Shown piece after piece: positions 34,217 through 44,520 of a DNA stretch of 64,000 nt. The position numbers and the translations under genes are program-made. The stretch is from contig OY969724.1 of the NCBI GenBank assembly GCA_963702205.1, positions 2,848,001 through 2,912,000 of the forward strand, in the 5' to 3' direction. Positions within the stretch are counted from its first letter, which is position 1. Each line of letters begins with the position of its first letter. The stretch is from an uncultured candidate division Zixibacteria bacterium. Lineage in GTDB: Bacteria; Zixibacteria; MSB-5A5; GN15; PGXB01. The notes beneath the pieces were generated by a model. It did not search any database. It saw only the letters and a list, made by a program, of their open reading frames with translations, and had not been told where the DNA came from.

Positions 34217-34519
34217 GGGGTATTTTTAGCTAAAACGTAATTTTTTTTAAAATACTACCCGGCGTCCCTCAACTACTATTAGAAGAGCAAAATCGAGTCT
34301 AAAGTTCCCGCGATTTCGATTTCATTTCGGGCCCTTTAAACCTCTCTGTTCTTCGGCAATCGGGACACTTTCTTTAGCTCCACTATGGCCTCCCCGCCAT
34401 ACTCCCTTTTCATATTTAAACACCTCAAAAACGGCGGCGTTCGGGACATTTATATTGCCCGGAACTATTGGCCGGACGGGCTCGTTGTCGTATATTAAGA
34501 TACGAACTCGTTTTGGAAT

Positions 34520-35269
34520 TTGCTTATGTGTGGTCGAGGATATAAAAGACTGAATAAAATCGATCTGGGACGAACCGCCTACAGGGATACGTGGTCGCTC
34601 CAGAAGGACCTGGCGGTCAAACGCCGCCAGGGTTTTATCGCCGACTGCCTGATTATAACCGAGCACAATCCTGTCATCACCATGGGTCGCGGCACCAGCC
34701 GCGAAAACCTCCTTGCCACGCCCGACATTTTAAGAAAGAAGGGCGTGGAACTCTTTGAGATAGAACGCGGCGGCGACATAACATTCCACGGTCCCGGACA
34801 GCTGGTGGTTTATCCGATCGTGGATTTAACGGTACGCGGGCGTGACGTCCACAAATATCTCCGCGACCTCGAACAGTTGATGATTTCAACCCTGGCCGAT
34901 TTCGGGCTCGACGCCGGAGTCAAAAACGGTCTGACGGGTGTCTGGGTTGGCGATCACAAGGTCGGCGCTATCGGCGTCGCGGTATCAAAATGGGTCACCT
35001 ATCACGGACTGGCGCTCAATGTCAATACCGACCTCGATTATTTCAAGCTGATCAATCCCTGCGGCATAACTCAATTCCCGGTTGGTTCGGTGTCCGGGCT
35101 TCTGGGGCAGGAGGTCCCCCTCACCAAATTGGCGGAAGGGCTGTCACAAAATTTCGCGGCGATGTTCGGCTATGAAATGGAGACAATCGAAGATATAAAT
35201 GAATTGTTAAACCGACCGCAGTCGACCGTAGCCTTCCGGGCAGGAGAAGGAACCGATGGAAATAATTAA
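34520..35269 (+). CDS. lipB: Lipoyl(octanoyl) transferase
   Basis: EHNPVITMG, RGGDITFHGPGQLVVYP, HGLALN, INPCGI. Confidence 0.97.
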   Translation: MLMCGRGYKRLNKIDLGRTAYRDTWSLQKDLAVKRRQGFIADCLIITEHNPVITMGRGTSRENLLATPDILRKKGVELFEIERGGDITFHGPGQLVVYPIVDLTVRGRDVHKYLRDLEQLMISTLADFGLDAGVKNGLTGVWVGDHKVGAIGVAVSKWVTYHGLALNVNTDLDYFKLINPCGITQFPVGSVSGLLGQEVPLTKLAEGLSQNFAAMFGYEMETIEDINELLNRPQSTVAFRAGEGTDGNN

Positions 35270-35882
35270 TCCGGCGCTCAATGAATATATGCGGGACCTT
35301 CTCCCCGACCGCGATCCGGTTCTGCTCGAAATGGAGCAGTATGCTCGCGAGCACAAATTTCCGATAGTCGGTGCTTTGGTCGGGACGTTTTTGTCTCAGA
35401 TGGCTTTTTTGATTGGCGCCAGGGACATATTCGAGATGGGGTCGGGATACGGGTATTCCGCATACTGGTTCGCCAAGGGCATGCCCGACGGTGGTCATAT
35501 AATTTGTACCGATGGTGAGCAGGACAATATGGATCTTGCCCGGGAGTATCACCAAAGGGGCGATTTTAAGGCCAATTTCGATTATCATTCCCGCGATGCC
35601 CGCGAAATTATCAGCAGGTTCGACGGCCCCTTCGACATAATATTTAACGACATCGACAAGGAACAGTACCCCGAGGCGTTCGAGCTGGCGGTACCGCGTC
35701 TGCGCCGAGGTGGTCTGTTTATCACTGACAACGTCTTATGGTCCGGCCGTGTACTCGATGATAATCCGTCGGACTCAACCAAAGGTATCCTTGAATTCAA
35801 CCGGCTGCTTTTCAATTCGCCGGATTTAATGGCCGGTATAGTGCCGATCCGCGACGGCCTCGCGTTCGCGGTGAAGAAGTAA
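35256..35882 (+). CDS. O-methyltransferase (YrrM/COMT-like)
   Basis: EMGSGYGYS, FNDIDK, DNVLWSG, PIRDGL. Confidence 0.92.
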   Translation: MEIINPALNEYMRDLLPDRDPVLLEMEQYAREHKFPIVGALVGTFLSQMAFLIGARDIFEMGSGYGYSAYWFAKGMPDGGHIICTDGEQDNMDLAREYHQRGDFKANFDYHSRDAREIISRFDGPFDIIFNDIDKEQYPEAFELAVPRLRRGGLFITDNVLWSGRVLDDNPSDSTKGILEFNRLLFNSPDLMAGIVPIRDGLAFAVKK

Positions 35883-35908
35883 TATTCGGTTTTTCAATAA
35901 ATAATGTA

Positions 35909-36763
35909 CTATTCGCCGGACGGCTTCAACAATATTGCATTTATAAATTTATCCAGCCCCTGAATGTATGTCTGGCCCGACGTGAAATAACCGTCATCGT
36001 GCGTACCCGTGATTTCCAGAAATGTCTTTGGTTCGTTGGCGATCTTAAACAGCTCCCGGCCGAATTCGATCGGAATAAGATTATCGTCGCGGCTGTGCAC
36101 TATCAATACCGGGCACGTGCAATGCGCCAGATCGTCGGCGGCGTTATAACGATAGTGAATCATCAAACGAATCGGAAAGTACGGAAACATGCGGGCGGCG
36201 ATATCACCGGCCGAGGTAAAGGTCGACTCCAGAATCAGACCGCCGGGATTAACGTCGCGAGCGAGGTGCGCCGCCACCGCCCCACCCAGAGAGCGGCCGT
36301 GGATTATTATATTCGACGGATTAATATCTTTCTTGCGTACGAGATACAACCAGGCGGCTTTGGCGTCCTTGTATGTGCCGACTTCCGACGGTTCTCCTTC
36401 GCTCTGGCCATAACCGCGATAGTCGAATATCAGGACGTTGAGTTTAAGGTCGTGGAGAATCTTCATCAGGCTGACACGGTGCGAGATATTGCCGCCGTTG
36501 CCGTGGCATAAGAGAACCGTGGCGCGGGCGCTGTCGCACGGGACATACCATCCGAGCAGCCGAACACCATCCTCGCTTTGAATCGAAACCGCCTCGTACA
36601 TAAGGCCGACATTGGACGGGTTATTGTCCATCGCATGAGTCGGGTAGTACACGAAGTGCGACTGGAAAAGGGTCAATAAAATGGCCAGGATCAGATACAC
36701 CCCGATCGCGACCATAATGACCGCCCGCAATATAATCCAGAATTTATGTCCGTCGAGTTCCAT
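35909..36763 (-). CDS. Membrane-anchored alpha/beta hydrolase (ABHD13/BEM46-like)
   Basis: HGNGGN, DYRGYG, GRSLGG, HSRDD, GTHD. Confidence 0.93.
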   Translation of the reverse strand: MELDGHKFWIILRAVIMVAIGVYLILAILLTLFQSHFVYYPTHAMDNNPSNVGLMYEAVSIQSEDGVRLLGWYVPCDSARATVLLCHGNGGNISHRVSLMKILHDLKLNVLIFDYRGYGQSEGEPSEVGTYKDAKAAWLYLVRKKDINPSNIIIHGRSLGGAVAAHLARDVNPGGLILESTFTSAGDIAARMFPYFPIRLMIHYRYNAADDLAHCTCPVLIVHSRDDNLIPIEFGRELFKIANEPKTFLEITGTHDDGYFTSGQTYIQGLDKFINAILLKPSGE

Positions 36764-36844
36764 AATTACTTAAATCTACGATAATTCTCCAATATCCATA
36801 GCCATTGAAATTATAGACATTTCTACAATGACATTGCAATAATT

Positions 36845-36877
36845 AAAAAACCCGGGAATTTTGTCTTTTCCCGGGTC
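36845..36877 (-). terminator. Intrinsic terminator
   Basis: AAAAAA-CCCGGGAA..TTCCCGGG. Confidence 0.7.
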
Positions 36878-36900
36878 TTAATAAAAGTCAATTTATCAAA

Positions 36901-38772
36901 TTAATATAGATTTTCAAGTGTCATATTACAAGTAACCGGCTTGTCGCCGCGCATGACGGAAAATTCATATTTCGTCCCGGCCGGTTTTCGCAGCATATCC
37001 ATAATTTTCAGGACACCGCCGAAGTTTTCGACGTCGATCCCGTTGATGGCCATAACTATATCATCTTTCTTGAAACCGCTCTTTTCGGCCGGAGTCCCCG
37101 GAGAAACGAAGAACACAGTGGTTTTATCATCATCGGAATTGATAAGTTGCAAACCCGAATGATCGACCGGAAATTCATACGCGAAATTGTCTCCTTTTTC
37201 GAGAATCATCCTTTGGTCTTTGTAATCAAAATACATAACGAAATGCCGGAAGAGCGAATTTCCGAGGTTGCCGGTGAGGTCGGCCTGTCGGAACGACCCG
37301 GTACCTTCTTCAAGAGGATACGATATTATCGGCTCGTTGACCGTAAATCCGGCGATTTCTATCGTTTTGAATCTGGCCAACTTTGTCATAAAAGTCCCTC
37401 CGGCGCCCACACCCACGTGTTCGATACCACCAGTATCGAATATCCCGTTCTTTTTAGCGTACGGATAGTGAAAGCTTTCGCCGCCGGCGCCGACGTCGAC
37501 CGTCCAGAGCCCGGTATATTTTCCGTCGACGGTCGCGTTAATTTCAAACATATTATTGGACAACGGTGTCTCTTCCACCGCACCTTCGCCGTCGTACTTG
37601 AACTGATCGGGATCATAAAAAGAAATCAGCCCTTTGGCATAGTCAATTTTAACAACGAATCTGCTCAGGAAATCATACCCGAGAATTCCACAAACATTTA
37701 GTCCCAGTTGGTGGAAGAGCGAGGCGATATCTATAGCCGCCACCCTTTGCTTTTCGAATTTAATGCCCTTAAGTTCAAACGGCGGCAGTTCGGTGAAAGA
37801 CACATTGACGACGTTGCCCGCCCCCTGGCCTTTAAGGTTACCTTCGAGTTTAAGCCCGAGTTCGTCGGCATATTTCTTGTCAATGACGGTCATGCCCGCG
37901 CCGGTATCGAGGCACCAAAGTCGTTTTTCACCGTTCAGCATCACTTGAAAGTACACATGCCGGTCAAGAAACTGAAACGGGATATTTTCAGCCGAGACAC
38001 CGTTCGCGAAGATATAATCTTTGACGTCCTCGGTCGGCGGCTCGAACAATGACTGGTCGATTTCCGGATTGCCCTTGTATTCGGTAATCTCAATTTGCTG
38101 AACCTGACCGACGGGAAGATTTTCGCTTTCCTGCTTATACGGTATCAGCAGTTTGCCGGCCATTCTGAAGTCCGAAAAGGTCGTGTGGGTTTCGTCGCGG
38201 GGCGTGACCACGTCCGACCTGAGCAGACGAAATGAATCCATGTCGATATAGTCATAAGTGACGTCATCATTAATGGTATTGGTAATTTTGATTTTGTAAC
38301 AATTTTTGTCGCCAACTTTCTCGGTGCCGTCCAGCGAGACGTTGAATATTTTCGAGTCCCGATTCAGGAATTCATTTTCGTCCTGGTATTTTTGCAGCTC
38401 CCGCCGTTTGAGAGATTCCTCGTCCTTGACAATCTGCAGCTTGCCATTGGTGTCGATAGCCCAGGGATATTCACCGTTGTCGCCGCTGGTTTGTTTGATG
38501 ACTCCGAGGTCAACTTCCTGGCGGCTTTTGTACGGCCTCTGTGACCATGTTTTGGCGGTACCCTTCAGGCCCGTGCCGACCAGATCGACGTTGGCTTCGA
38601 CATAGCTCGATTTTTCGGCGTTGAGATTATCGAGCCCGCCCATGGCGTCGATGTATTTGTTAAGAATAACGTACGGGTCTTTGAGGCTTCCCTGTGCCAT
38701 AATCGACCCCGCCGAAATAACAACCAGGCATACGACCACTGAGATTGAGATTAGCATCAATTGTAATTTCAT
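36901..38772 (-). CDS. Secreted tandem retropepsin-like aspartyl protease with PDZ domain
   Basis: LDTGA and VDVGA, GILGYDFL, GNLGNSLF, PDZ GTPAEKSG..DIVMAING. ATG at 38772 has a GGAGG SD. Confidence 0.88.
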   Translation of the reverse strand: MKLQLMLISISVVVCLVVISAGSIMAQGSLKDPYVILNKYIDAMGGLDNLNAEKSSYVEANVDLVGTGLKGTAKTWSQRPYKSRQEVDLGVIKQTSGDNGEYPWAIDTNGKLQIVKDEESLKRRELQKYQDENEFLNRDSKIFNVSLDGTEKVGDKNCYKIKITNTINDDVTYDYIDMDSFRLLRSDVVTPRDETHTTFSDFRMAGKLLIPYKQESENLPVGQVQQIEITEYKGNPEIDQSLFEPPTEDVKDYIFANGVSAENIPFQFLDRHVYFQVMLNGEKRLWCLDTGAGMTVIDKKYADELGLKLEGNLKGQGAGNVVNVSFTELPPFELKGIKFEKQRVAAIDIASLFHQLGLNVCGILGYDFLSRFVVKIDYAKGLISFYDPDQFKYDGEGAVEETPLSNNMFEINATVDGKYTGLWTVDVGAGGESFHYPYAKKNGIFDTGGIEHVGVGAGGTFMTKLARFKTIEIAGFTVNEPIISYPLEEGTGSFRQADLTGNLGNSLFRHFVMYFDYKDQRMILEKGDNFAYEFPVDHSGLQLINSDDDKTTVFFVSPGTPAEKSGFKKDDIVMAINGIDVENFGGVLKIMDMLRKPAGTKYEFSVMRGDKPVTCNMTLENLY

Positions 38773-38873
38773 CACCTGACCTCCTATGTTTATCGTACAT
38801 TTTGTCAAATCATGATATCATTCTTAGACTGATTAAACATTAAAATAGTTACAAATTTTCGTGGAGGATATTC

Positions 38874-38900
38874 AAAAAAAGCGGGCCGGGAGGCCCGCTT
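38874..38900 (-). terminator. Intrinsic terminator
   Basis: AAAAAAA-GCGGGCC-GGGA-GGCCCGC. Confidence 0.8.
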
Positions 38901-38911
38901 AAGGCGGCGGC

Positions 38912-39562
38912 TTAGCTGCCGGAATTCAGATAAAATACCATCAAGCCATCCATGGTTTTATTGGTTTCATCGAGCTGTGGCTGCAATGTCTTGATAACAA
39001 TGTAATTCGATTTCGGGAAATAATAGACTTCTCTGATCATATAGTTTTTGTAGACACCCTCATTATGGCTGTAAAGTAGCTTCCATGTGGCTCCGTGAAT
39101 CAGCGGCTGATCGCAACCGTCGTCGGGACCGTATTCCCAATTCCACGTAACCGCATTGTTTTTCGGCAACTGCCAAAAACGGCCGGGAAATGTCGTATCC
39201 TTCGGAGCGGGTTCGAAATAGACGCTGTCATTTAAATAGTATTTTCCGTCCGATTTCTCGATTGAAATGCTCGAATCGGCGCCAAGATCGTTCAGATAAT
39301 TTTTCGCCCACACCGGTCCGGCGTACTTGCGATCAAGTGCGTAAGCATCGTCGCTTGACAAGAATATTATATATACAATTTGGTTTCCACAATGACGACC
39401 CTTCTTCCAGTCCGTATGATAAAACAAAAGCGAGTACTCTCCTTTTGTTTTTCCAACGACGGAAATTTCTTGCTTGCACCTGATTTCGACGTCCCCACGA
39501 CTTGTGCTGAACAGGCAAATCAGCCCTAATATTAAAACTATGGTATTTTTCATATTATTCAC
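38912..39562 (-). CDS. Secreted hypothetical protein (paralog B)
   Basis: Signal peptide; colinear similarity to 39555-40214. Confidence 0.75.
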   Translation of the reverse strand: MNNMKNTIVLILGLICLFSTSRGDVEIRCKQEISVVGKTKGEYSLLFYHTDWKKGRHCGNQIVYIIFLSSDDAYALDRKYAGPVWAKNYLNDLGADSSISIEKSDGKYYLNDSVYFEPAPKDTTFPGRFWQLPKNNAVTWNWEYGPDDGCDQPLIHGATWKLLYSHNEGVYKNYMIREVYYFPKSNYIVIKTLQPQLDETNKTMDGLMVFYLNSGS

Positions 39563-40214
39563 CTCCCGTAGGCGGTGAGATTTTATAAATCAAAATACCG
39601 TCCATACGGTCCAATCCGATCGCTACATATGGCTGATTGGTCAAAATAATAACAAGGTTCGATACCGGGAAAAAGTAGACGGCTTTGAGTGCATAGTTCT
39701 TGTAGAGTCCTTTCTTATAATAATACAGCAACTTTGCGTCGCAGCCCTCAAAGACGGGATAGTCTATGCAGTTAACAGGGCACTTCTTATACCAAATATC
39801 AGCCCCGTAACATTCGTCGGCGAGGCGTTTCATTTTATCATCAAAAGTCGAATCAACCGGCGGCTGCAAAACTGAAATCTGCGAGTTCAGATGATAGACA
39901 CCGCCGTCGCTTTCAAGGGTATCGATTGGCTCTTCGTCATTATTCGCAATGAAATCGTACGCCCAGCCAGCACCGCCTTTGCCGTATTCCGCCATAAATT
40001 GCCTCACTGTATCCGGACTGAACAAAAAGACGTACGTATACCATGAATAGCAATCACCGCCTATTAACAAATCCCAGAGCAGTATCGAATATTCTCCCTG
40101 AGTTTTGCCGTAAATGGTGAATGTCTGGTCACAGCAGCTTGATGCGTCTATCTGTGACGATGCTGATACAAGAATCAGGATTAGAAAAATTAAAGCAAGG
40201 TTGGTCTTTTTCAC
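39555..40214 (-). CDS. Secreted Cys-rich hypothetical protein (paralog A)
   Basis: GTG start with GGAGG SD; signal peptide. Confidence 0.75.
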   Translation of the reverse strand: MKKTNLALIFLILILVSASSQIDASSCCDQTFTIYGKTQGEYSILLWDLLIGGDCYSWYTYVFLFSPDTVRQFMAEYGKGGAGWAYDFIANNDEEPIDTLESDGGVYHLNSQISVLQPPVDSTFDDKMKRLADECYGADIWYKKCPVNCIDYPVFEGCDAKLLYYYKKGLYKNYALKAVYFFPVSNLVIILTNQPYVAIGLDRMDGILIYKISPPTGGE

Positions 40215-40390
40215 AATAGAACCTCCTGATTGACGGGCCGAACATGTATATTATAGAACGATACGACAGTCGTGTCAAATAAAAATGCGGGGCCAAACTC
40301 TGCATTATGTTCTGATCGCAATAAGATGATTTTAATTCTCGTCTGGTCGTTGTGGCTATTGCGCAACCGGCGACCGCGTGAAAAAAAGCC

Positions 40391-40738
40391 CTACGGCGAG
40401 ATGATCTTCCCGAAATCCAGCATCGCCTCGACCGTGTCTTTCATGTTCGTCGGCTGACCTATGCGAAGCTTCTCGGTCCGTCCGAAATACTCCAGACAGG
40501 TGCCGCACGAAAGAATCTGCGAGCCCTCGTTCTCGAATTTTTCGAGGATAACAAGCATGGGCGAGCCCCCGGTTGTAAGAAATATCCCGCTGTTAATACA
40601 AATGATTTTCGCCGGAAGCTGCCCTGCCTCGAGCAGCTTTTCCAGAAACGCACCCATAAGTTTGTCGCCCAAATCGGGCTCCCCCTGTCCGATCCCCGAT
40701 GAGGTCAACATCAAAAGAAAATCGTTGTCGATAGTCAT
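40391..40738 (-). CDS. DsrE-fold YedF-like sulfur/selenium relay protein
   Basis: GIGQGEPDLGDKLM, INSGIFL, SCGTCLEYFG, TNM. Confidence 0.85.
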   Translation of the reverse strand: MTIDNDFLLMLTSSGIGQGEPDLGDKLMGAFLEKLLEAGQLPAKIICINSGIFLTTGGSPMLVILEKFENEGSQILSCGTCLEYFGRTEKLRIGQPTNMKDTVEAMLDFGKIISP

Positions 40739-40758
40739 CTATCTCTCCTTTGATCGAA

Positions 40759-41595
40759 TTATCTTTTTATAAACCGACCTCGGTTTTTTCGTTCCGGTAT
40801 GCGAGAATTTCTCTGGGCCGGATAGCCTAACGGTGTCACGGTCGCGACATAGTGCTTTTCCGGAATATCGAGAATCTTTTTGACTTCCGGCGTATCCATC
40901 GCTGCAATCCAGCAGGTTCCCAAACCGTAAAACCATGCCGCCAGCATAAAATGATAGGCAGCGATACACCCGTCCTGGACGTGGCGCCGCGAAAAATCCG
41001 GGTCCGAGCAGACCGCCACGGCCAGCGGGGCACGGCCGATCGGCGAAGACGACTGCCCCCGGGTATTGGCCAGGGCGTTTTTGACCGCCTGCTCGTCGAT
41101 AATTTTATAATAGCACGGCTGCGTATTGTGTGATGACGGTGCAAAGCGGCAGGTTTCGAAAATATTATCAAGCACTTGCGGTGGAACCGGCATATCGAAA
41201 AATCGTCGCACTGAGCGGCGCGATGTCAGGAGGTCGTCTCCTGCGCGGAATTCGGCCACAGGATTTTCGAAATACTGGAATTCCAGTCGACTCCCCTCCG
41301 GGTCTTTCGCATAGAAATTATAAATCTGGTATTTGGAATCGAAATCGGGTTTGTTCTCGGAAATATTCTTAAACTTCTCATAAATCTGATCCACCTCTTC
41401 TCTCGATTCGAAGACGAACGTGAGTAGGCCGTCGGTTTGAGCTTTTTCTCTCTCGCAAAATCCGAACAGAAAATTGCCGTGCCTGAATATTAAGCAGTCC
41501 TCCTGAGTCATCCACAGCCGGCACCCCGGAAGCCCTGAATAAAATTCTTTTAGCTTGTCGAGTATGGTGGTCGCAAAAAAGACTATTCCGCTCAT
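40759..41595 (-). CDS. VOC/glyoxalase + nitroreductase fusion
   Basis: N-part FYAKDPEGSRLEFQ; C-part SRRSVRRF, APSSHNTQP, GLGTCWI, PLGYP. Confidence 0.88.
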   Translation of the reverse strand: MSGIVFFATTILDKLKEFYSGLPGCRLWMTQEDCLIFRHGNFLFGFCEREKAQTDGLLTFVFESREEVDQIYEKFKNISENKPDFDSKYQIYNFYAKDPEGSRLEFQYFENPVAEFRAGDDLLTSRRSVRRFFDMPVPPQVLDNIFETCRFAPSSHNTQPCYYKIIDEQAVKNALANTRGQSSSPIGRAPLAVAVCSDPDFSRRHVQDGCIAAYHFMLAAWFYGLGTCWIAAMDTPEVKKILDIPEKHYVATVTPLGYPAQRNSRIPERKNRGRFIKR

Positions 41596-41705
41596 GATTG
41601 CCTCCAGAAATTTTCCAAAAATTGCTGGTCAAAGAAGTTTAATATAATAAATGCAATGCAAGACTTAAAATAAAACCAGAGGTCCGGGAATCCGGAAACC
41701 AGAAC

Positions 41706-42299
41706 TCAGCGGAAATGGTGCTTGATTTCGTCAATTATCATATTTGCTTCGGCCTCATCCATACCAATACCGAATTTTACATCTTTCGCGCCATAGTCAA
41801 ATGTAATAATCCCGCTTCCTCCCTGCCAATACTCCATCGGGTGAGCCATTGAAGAAAAAAGACCGGCTTTGCCGCGATCGAATGACAATTTCAAATTCCG
41901 ACAATTATTCAAATCATACTTTTTCGTCCTTTTAAAAAATAAGACTTCTTTCGAAATGGCGATGCCATCCGATGCTATAACAATTCTCTCTTTACCCACA
42001 ATCAGCCATAAAAATGTATATATCGCTATTGCACCGCCAACGGTCCAACCACAAAGCCAGAAAATTAAAAAGGCATTGGATTGTTGGGGTGTTGAATTAT
42101 TCACTTGATTGACATTCAATCCCAGATAATCACCAAACAGAACGGTTGTGACCATTACCATCCCGAATAGCCATGCAATAAGCCAGAATCCGATAAAAAC
42201 CGTGGAGAAAATTCTTTTCTTACTCGGGATTATTATTTCAATCCGGTCGCCTAATTGATTTACTTTTGATCTTCGCTTACCAACAGGTTCATAGTCCAT
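41706..42299 (-). CDS. Hypothetical membrane protein
   Basis: Two TM segments (FWLCGWTVGG), GIITFDYG. Confidence 0.75.
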   Translation of the reverse strand: MDYEPVGKRRSKVNQLGDRIEIIIPSKKRIFSTVFIGFWLIAWLFGMVMVTTVLFGDYLGLNVNQVNNSTPQQSNAFLIFWLCGWTVGGAIAIYTFLWLIVGKERIVIASDGIAISKEVLFFKRTKKYDLNNCRNLKLSFDRGKAGLFSSMAHPMEYWQGGSGIITFDYGAKDVKFGIGMDEAEANMIIDEIKHHFR

Positions 42300-42470
42300 A
42301 TCGAAATTCCCCCGATTTCATCGACTTTATTGCCTCCAATTATATCACAAAGTAATCGACAATTCAATAATAGATTTTTTATTATTGCGTTCGCGCTATA
42401 CATATATAAAGTTTGGGATTGTCCGATATACCGGAACAAAGGGAAATTGAAATCATAGAAAGGAGTCATT

Positions 42471-43067
42471 ATGAAAAAGGGACTTTTGCTCCTGATCGTG
42501 GCCTTGATGGCTATCGGCTGCGGTTCGTCGAAAAAGGTCTATCGCATCAACCCGGAAACCCAGACCGATTTGAGCGGCAACTGGAACGACACCGACGCCC
42601 GCCTCGTGGCCGAAGAAATGGTTAAGGACTGTCTGTCCCGGCCGTGGCTGACCAATTATGTCAAGGAAACCGGCAAGAACCCGGTCGTGACCGTCGGCAC
42701 CATTCGCAATAAAAGCGACGAACATATCGACGTCGAAGTGTTCACCACCGATTTCGAGCGCGAACTGATCAACTCCGGACAGGTGCGATTTGTGGCCGCC
42801 AAGGATTACCGTCAGGAAATCCGCGAAGAGCGTTTCGACCAGCAGGAGTTTGCGTCGCCGGAGACGATGAAAAAAATCCGCAACGAAACCGGCGCCGATT
42901 TCATCCTGATGGGATCGGTCAAGACAATCAACGATGAAGCCGGTGGCACGCTTATCAAGTACTATCAGACCGATCTCGAAATGATCAATATCGAGACGAT
43001 GGAAAAGGTCTGGATCGGTACCAAGAAGATCAAAAAGGAAATTTCCAAAAGTAAAACCAAGTGGTAG
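42471..43067 (+). CDS. LpoB/CsgG-like lipoprotein (PBP activator family)
   Basis: Lipobox AIGC, DLSGNWNDTD, IRNKSDEHID, GADFIL. Confidence 0.85.
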   Translation: MKKGLLLLIVALMAIGCGSSKKVYRINPETQTDLSGNWNDTDARLVAEEMVKDCLSRPWLTNYVKETGKNPVVTVGTIRNKSDEHIDVEVFTTDFERELINSGQVRFVAAKDYRQEIREERFDQQEFASPETMKKIRNETGADFILMGSVKTINDEAGGTLIKYYQTDLEMINIETMEKVWIGTKKIKKEISKSKTKW

Positions 43068-44485
43068 ACTTTTTTCGTAAATTTCGAGTCTTCCGGTCGG
43101 CGGCAATTTTTATTCTGCCGCTGGCCGGACTGCTTTTAATCGGCTGCGGCTCGGTTACGACCAATAAGGCGTTCTATGGCCCTATCACCGCCGAGCTTCA
43201 TTCCGGCAATTACCGCACGGCCGCTGACGGTATCGAAAAAGCCAAAGCCGATGGTGAGTACGGCAAAAAGGACCGGCTGGTGTACTATATCGACGCCGGG
43301 ATGGCCTGGCACTACGCCGAAAATTATGACACGAGCAATATAAGACTACACGAGGCCGACCTGGCCGCCGACGAGCTTTATACCAAGAGCGTCTCCAAAG
43401 CCGTCCTATCGTACGTTTTAAACGACAACGCCCAGGAATATTCCGGCGAGGATTACGAAATCCTCTACGGTAATCTTGTCTCAGCGCTGAACTATATCGC
43501 CCTCGATATGTTCGACGACGCCTTTGTCGAGATCAAACGCTCCAATGAAAAGCTTCAGGTGCTTGAACAGAAATATACCGATATGTCCCGGGTTCTTCAG
43601 CGCGAACAGGACAAGGACACGCTGGGCATAAAAATCGACTACAAGGCCGACAAGGTTCGTTTCAACAATTCGGCTTTTGCGCGGTATCTGAGCATGCACA
43701 TGTACGCCGCCGACGGTAAGTACGACGACGCCGATCTCGATTACGATCTACTCCGCGCGGCGTTCAAAGAACAGCCGCACATTTATAATTTCGATCCGCC
43801 CGACGTGAAGTTCTACTCCGACGACACGAGCAAAGTTATTTTGTCGGTCGTGGGGCTGGCCGGGATGTCGCCGGTCAAAGAGGCACTGCAGTTGCGACTT
43901 CGCACCGACAGCGATCTCAACCTGGTGCAGGTGCTGTACACCGATCCCGAACGACAGGGCCAGGAGTACAGCCACTTCCCGATGAAGGTCACCGAGAATT
44001 ATTATTTCAAGTTCGCGATACCGTACCTTCTGGACAGACCGTCGATTATTGCCGACGTCCGCGTCCTGGTCGATTCGGTCGACATGGGTTCGCTGCAGCT
44101 GTTGGAGGTCGTCGGCAAGGTGGCCGATGAGACGTTCAAAGCGAAGCGTTCGCTGATATACCTTAAGACAATCGCCCGCGCTCTGGCTAAAGGGCTGATC
44201 GCCGAAAAACAGAAAAAGAAAGTCGACAAAGGTAACGCCGGCGGGTGGTTGGCTAAGCTGGCGATTGATGCCATAACGGATATTTCAGAAAACGCCGATC
44301 TCCGCTGCGCGCGTCTCCTGCCGGACAAGGTTCTGGTGGGCGATTTCGAAGTGCCCCCCGGTCTGCACGACATCACGATCCAGTTTTATGACGCTCAGGG
44401 CAATATAATTACTTCCACAACATATCATGGCTACAAAGTCCTGACCAACGGCCTGAATCTGGTCGAAGGCTTCGCACTGGATTAA
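43061..44485 (+). CDS. COG3014-type lipoprotein with TPR-like repeats
   Basis: Lipobox LIGC, YSGEDYE, ADLRCARLLP; adjacent to the LpoB-like gene. Confidence 0.8.
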   Translation: MVDFFRKFRVFRSAAIFILPLAGLLLIGCGSVTTNKAFYGPITAELHSGNYRTAADGIEKAKADGEYGKKDRLVYYIDAGMAWHYAENYDTSNIRLHEADLAADELYTKSVSKAVLSYVLNDNAQEYSGEDYEILYGNLVSALNYIALDMFDDAFVEIKRSNEKLQVLEQKYTDMSRVLQREQDKDTLGIKIDYKADKVRFNNSAFARYLSMHMYAADGKYDDADLDYDLLRAAFKEQPHIYNFDPPDVKFYSDDTSKVILSVVGLAGMSPVKEALQLRLRTDSDLNLVQVLYTDPERQGQEYSHFPMKVTENYYFKFAIPYLLDRPSIIADVRVLVDSVDMGSLQLLEVVGKVADETFKAKRSLIYLKTIARALAKGLIAEKQKKKVDKGNAGGWLAKLAIDAITDISENADLRCARLLPDKVLVGDFEVPPGLHDITIQFYDAQGNIITSTTYHGYKVLTNGLNLVEGFALD

Positions 44486-44520
44486 TTTAATATACATTAT
44501 ACTCTATACTCTATACTCTT

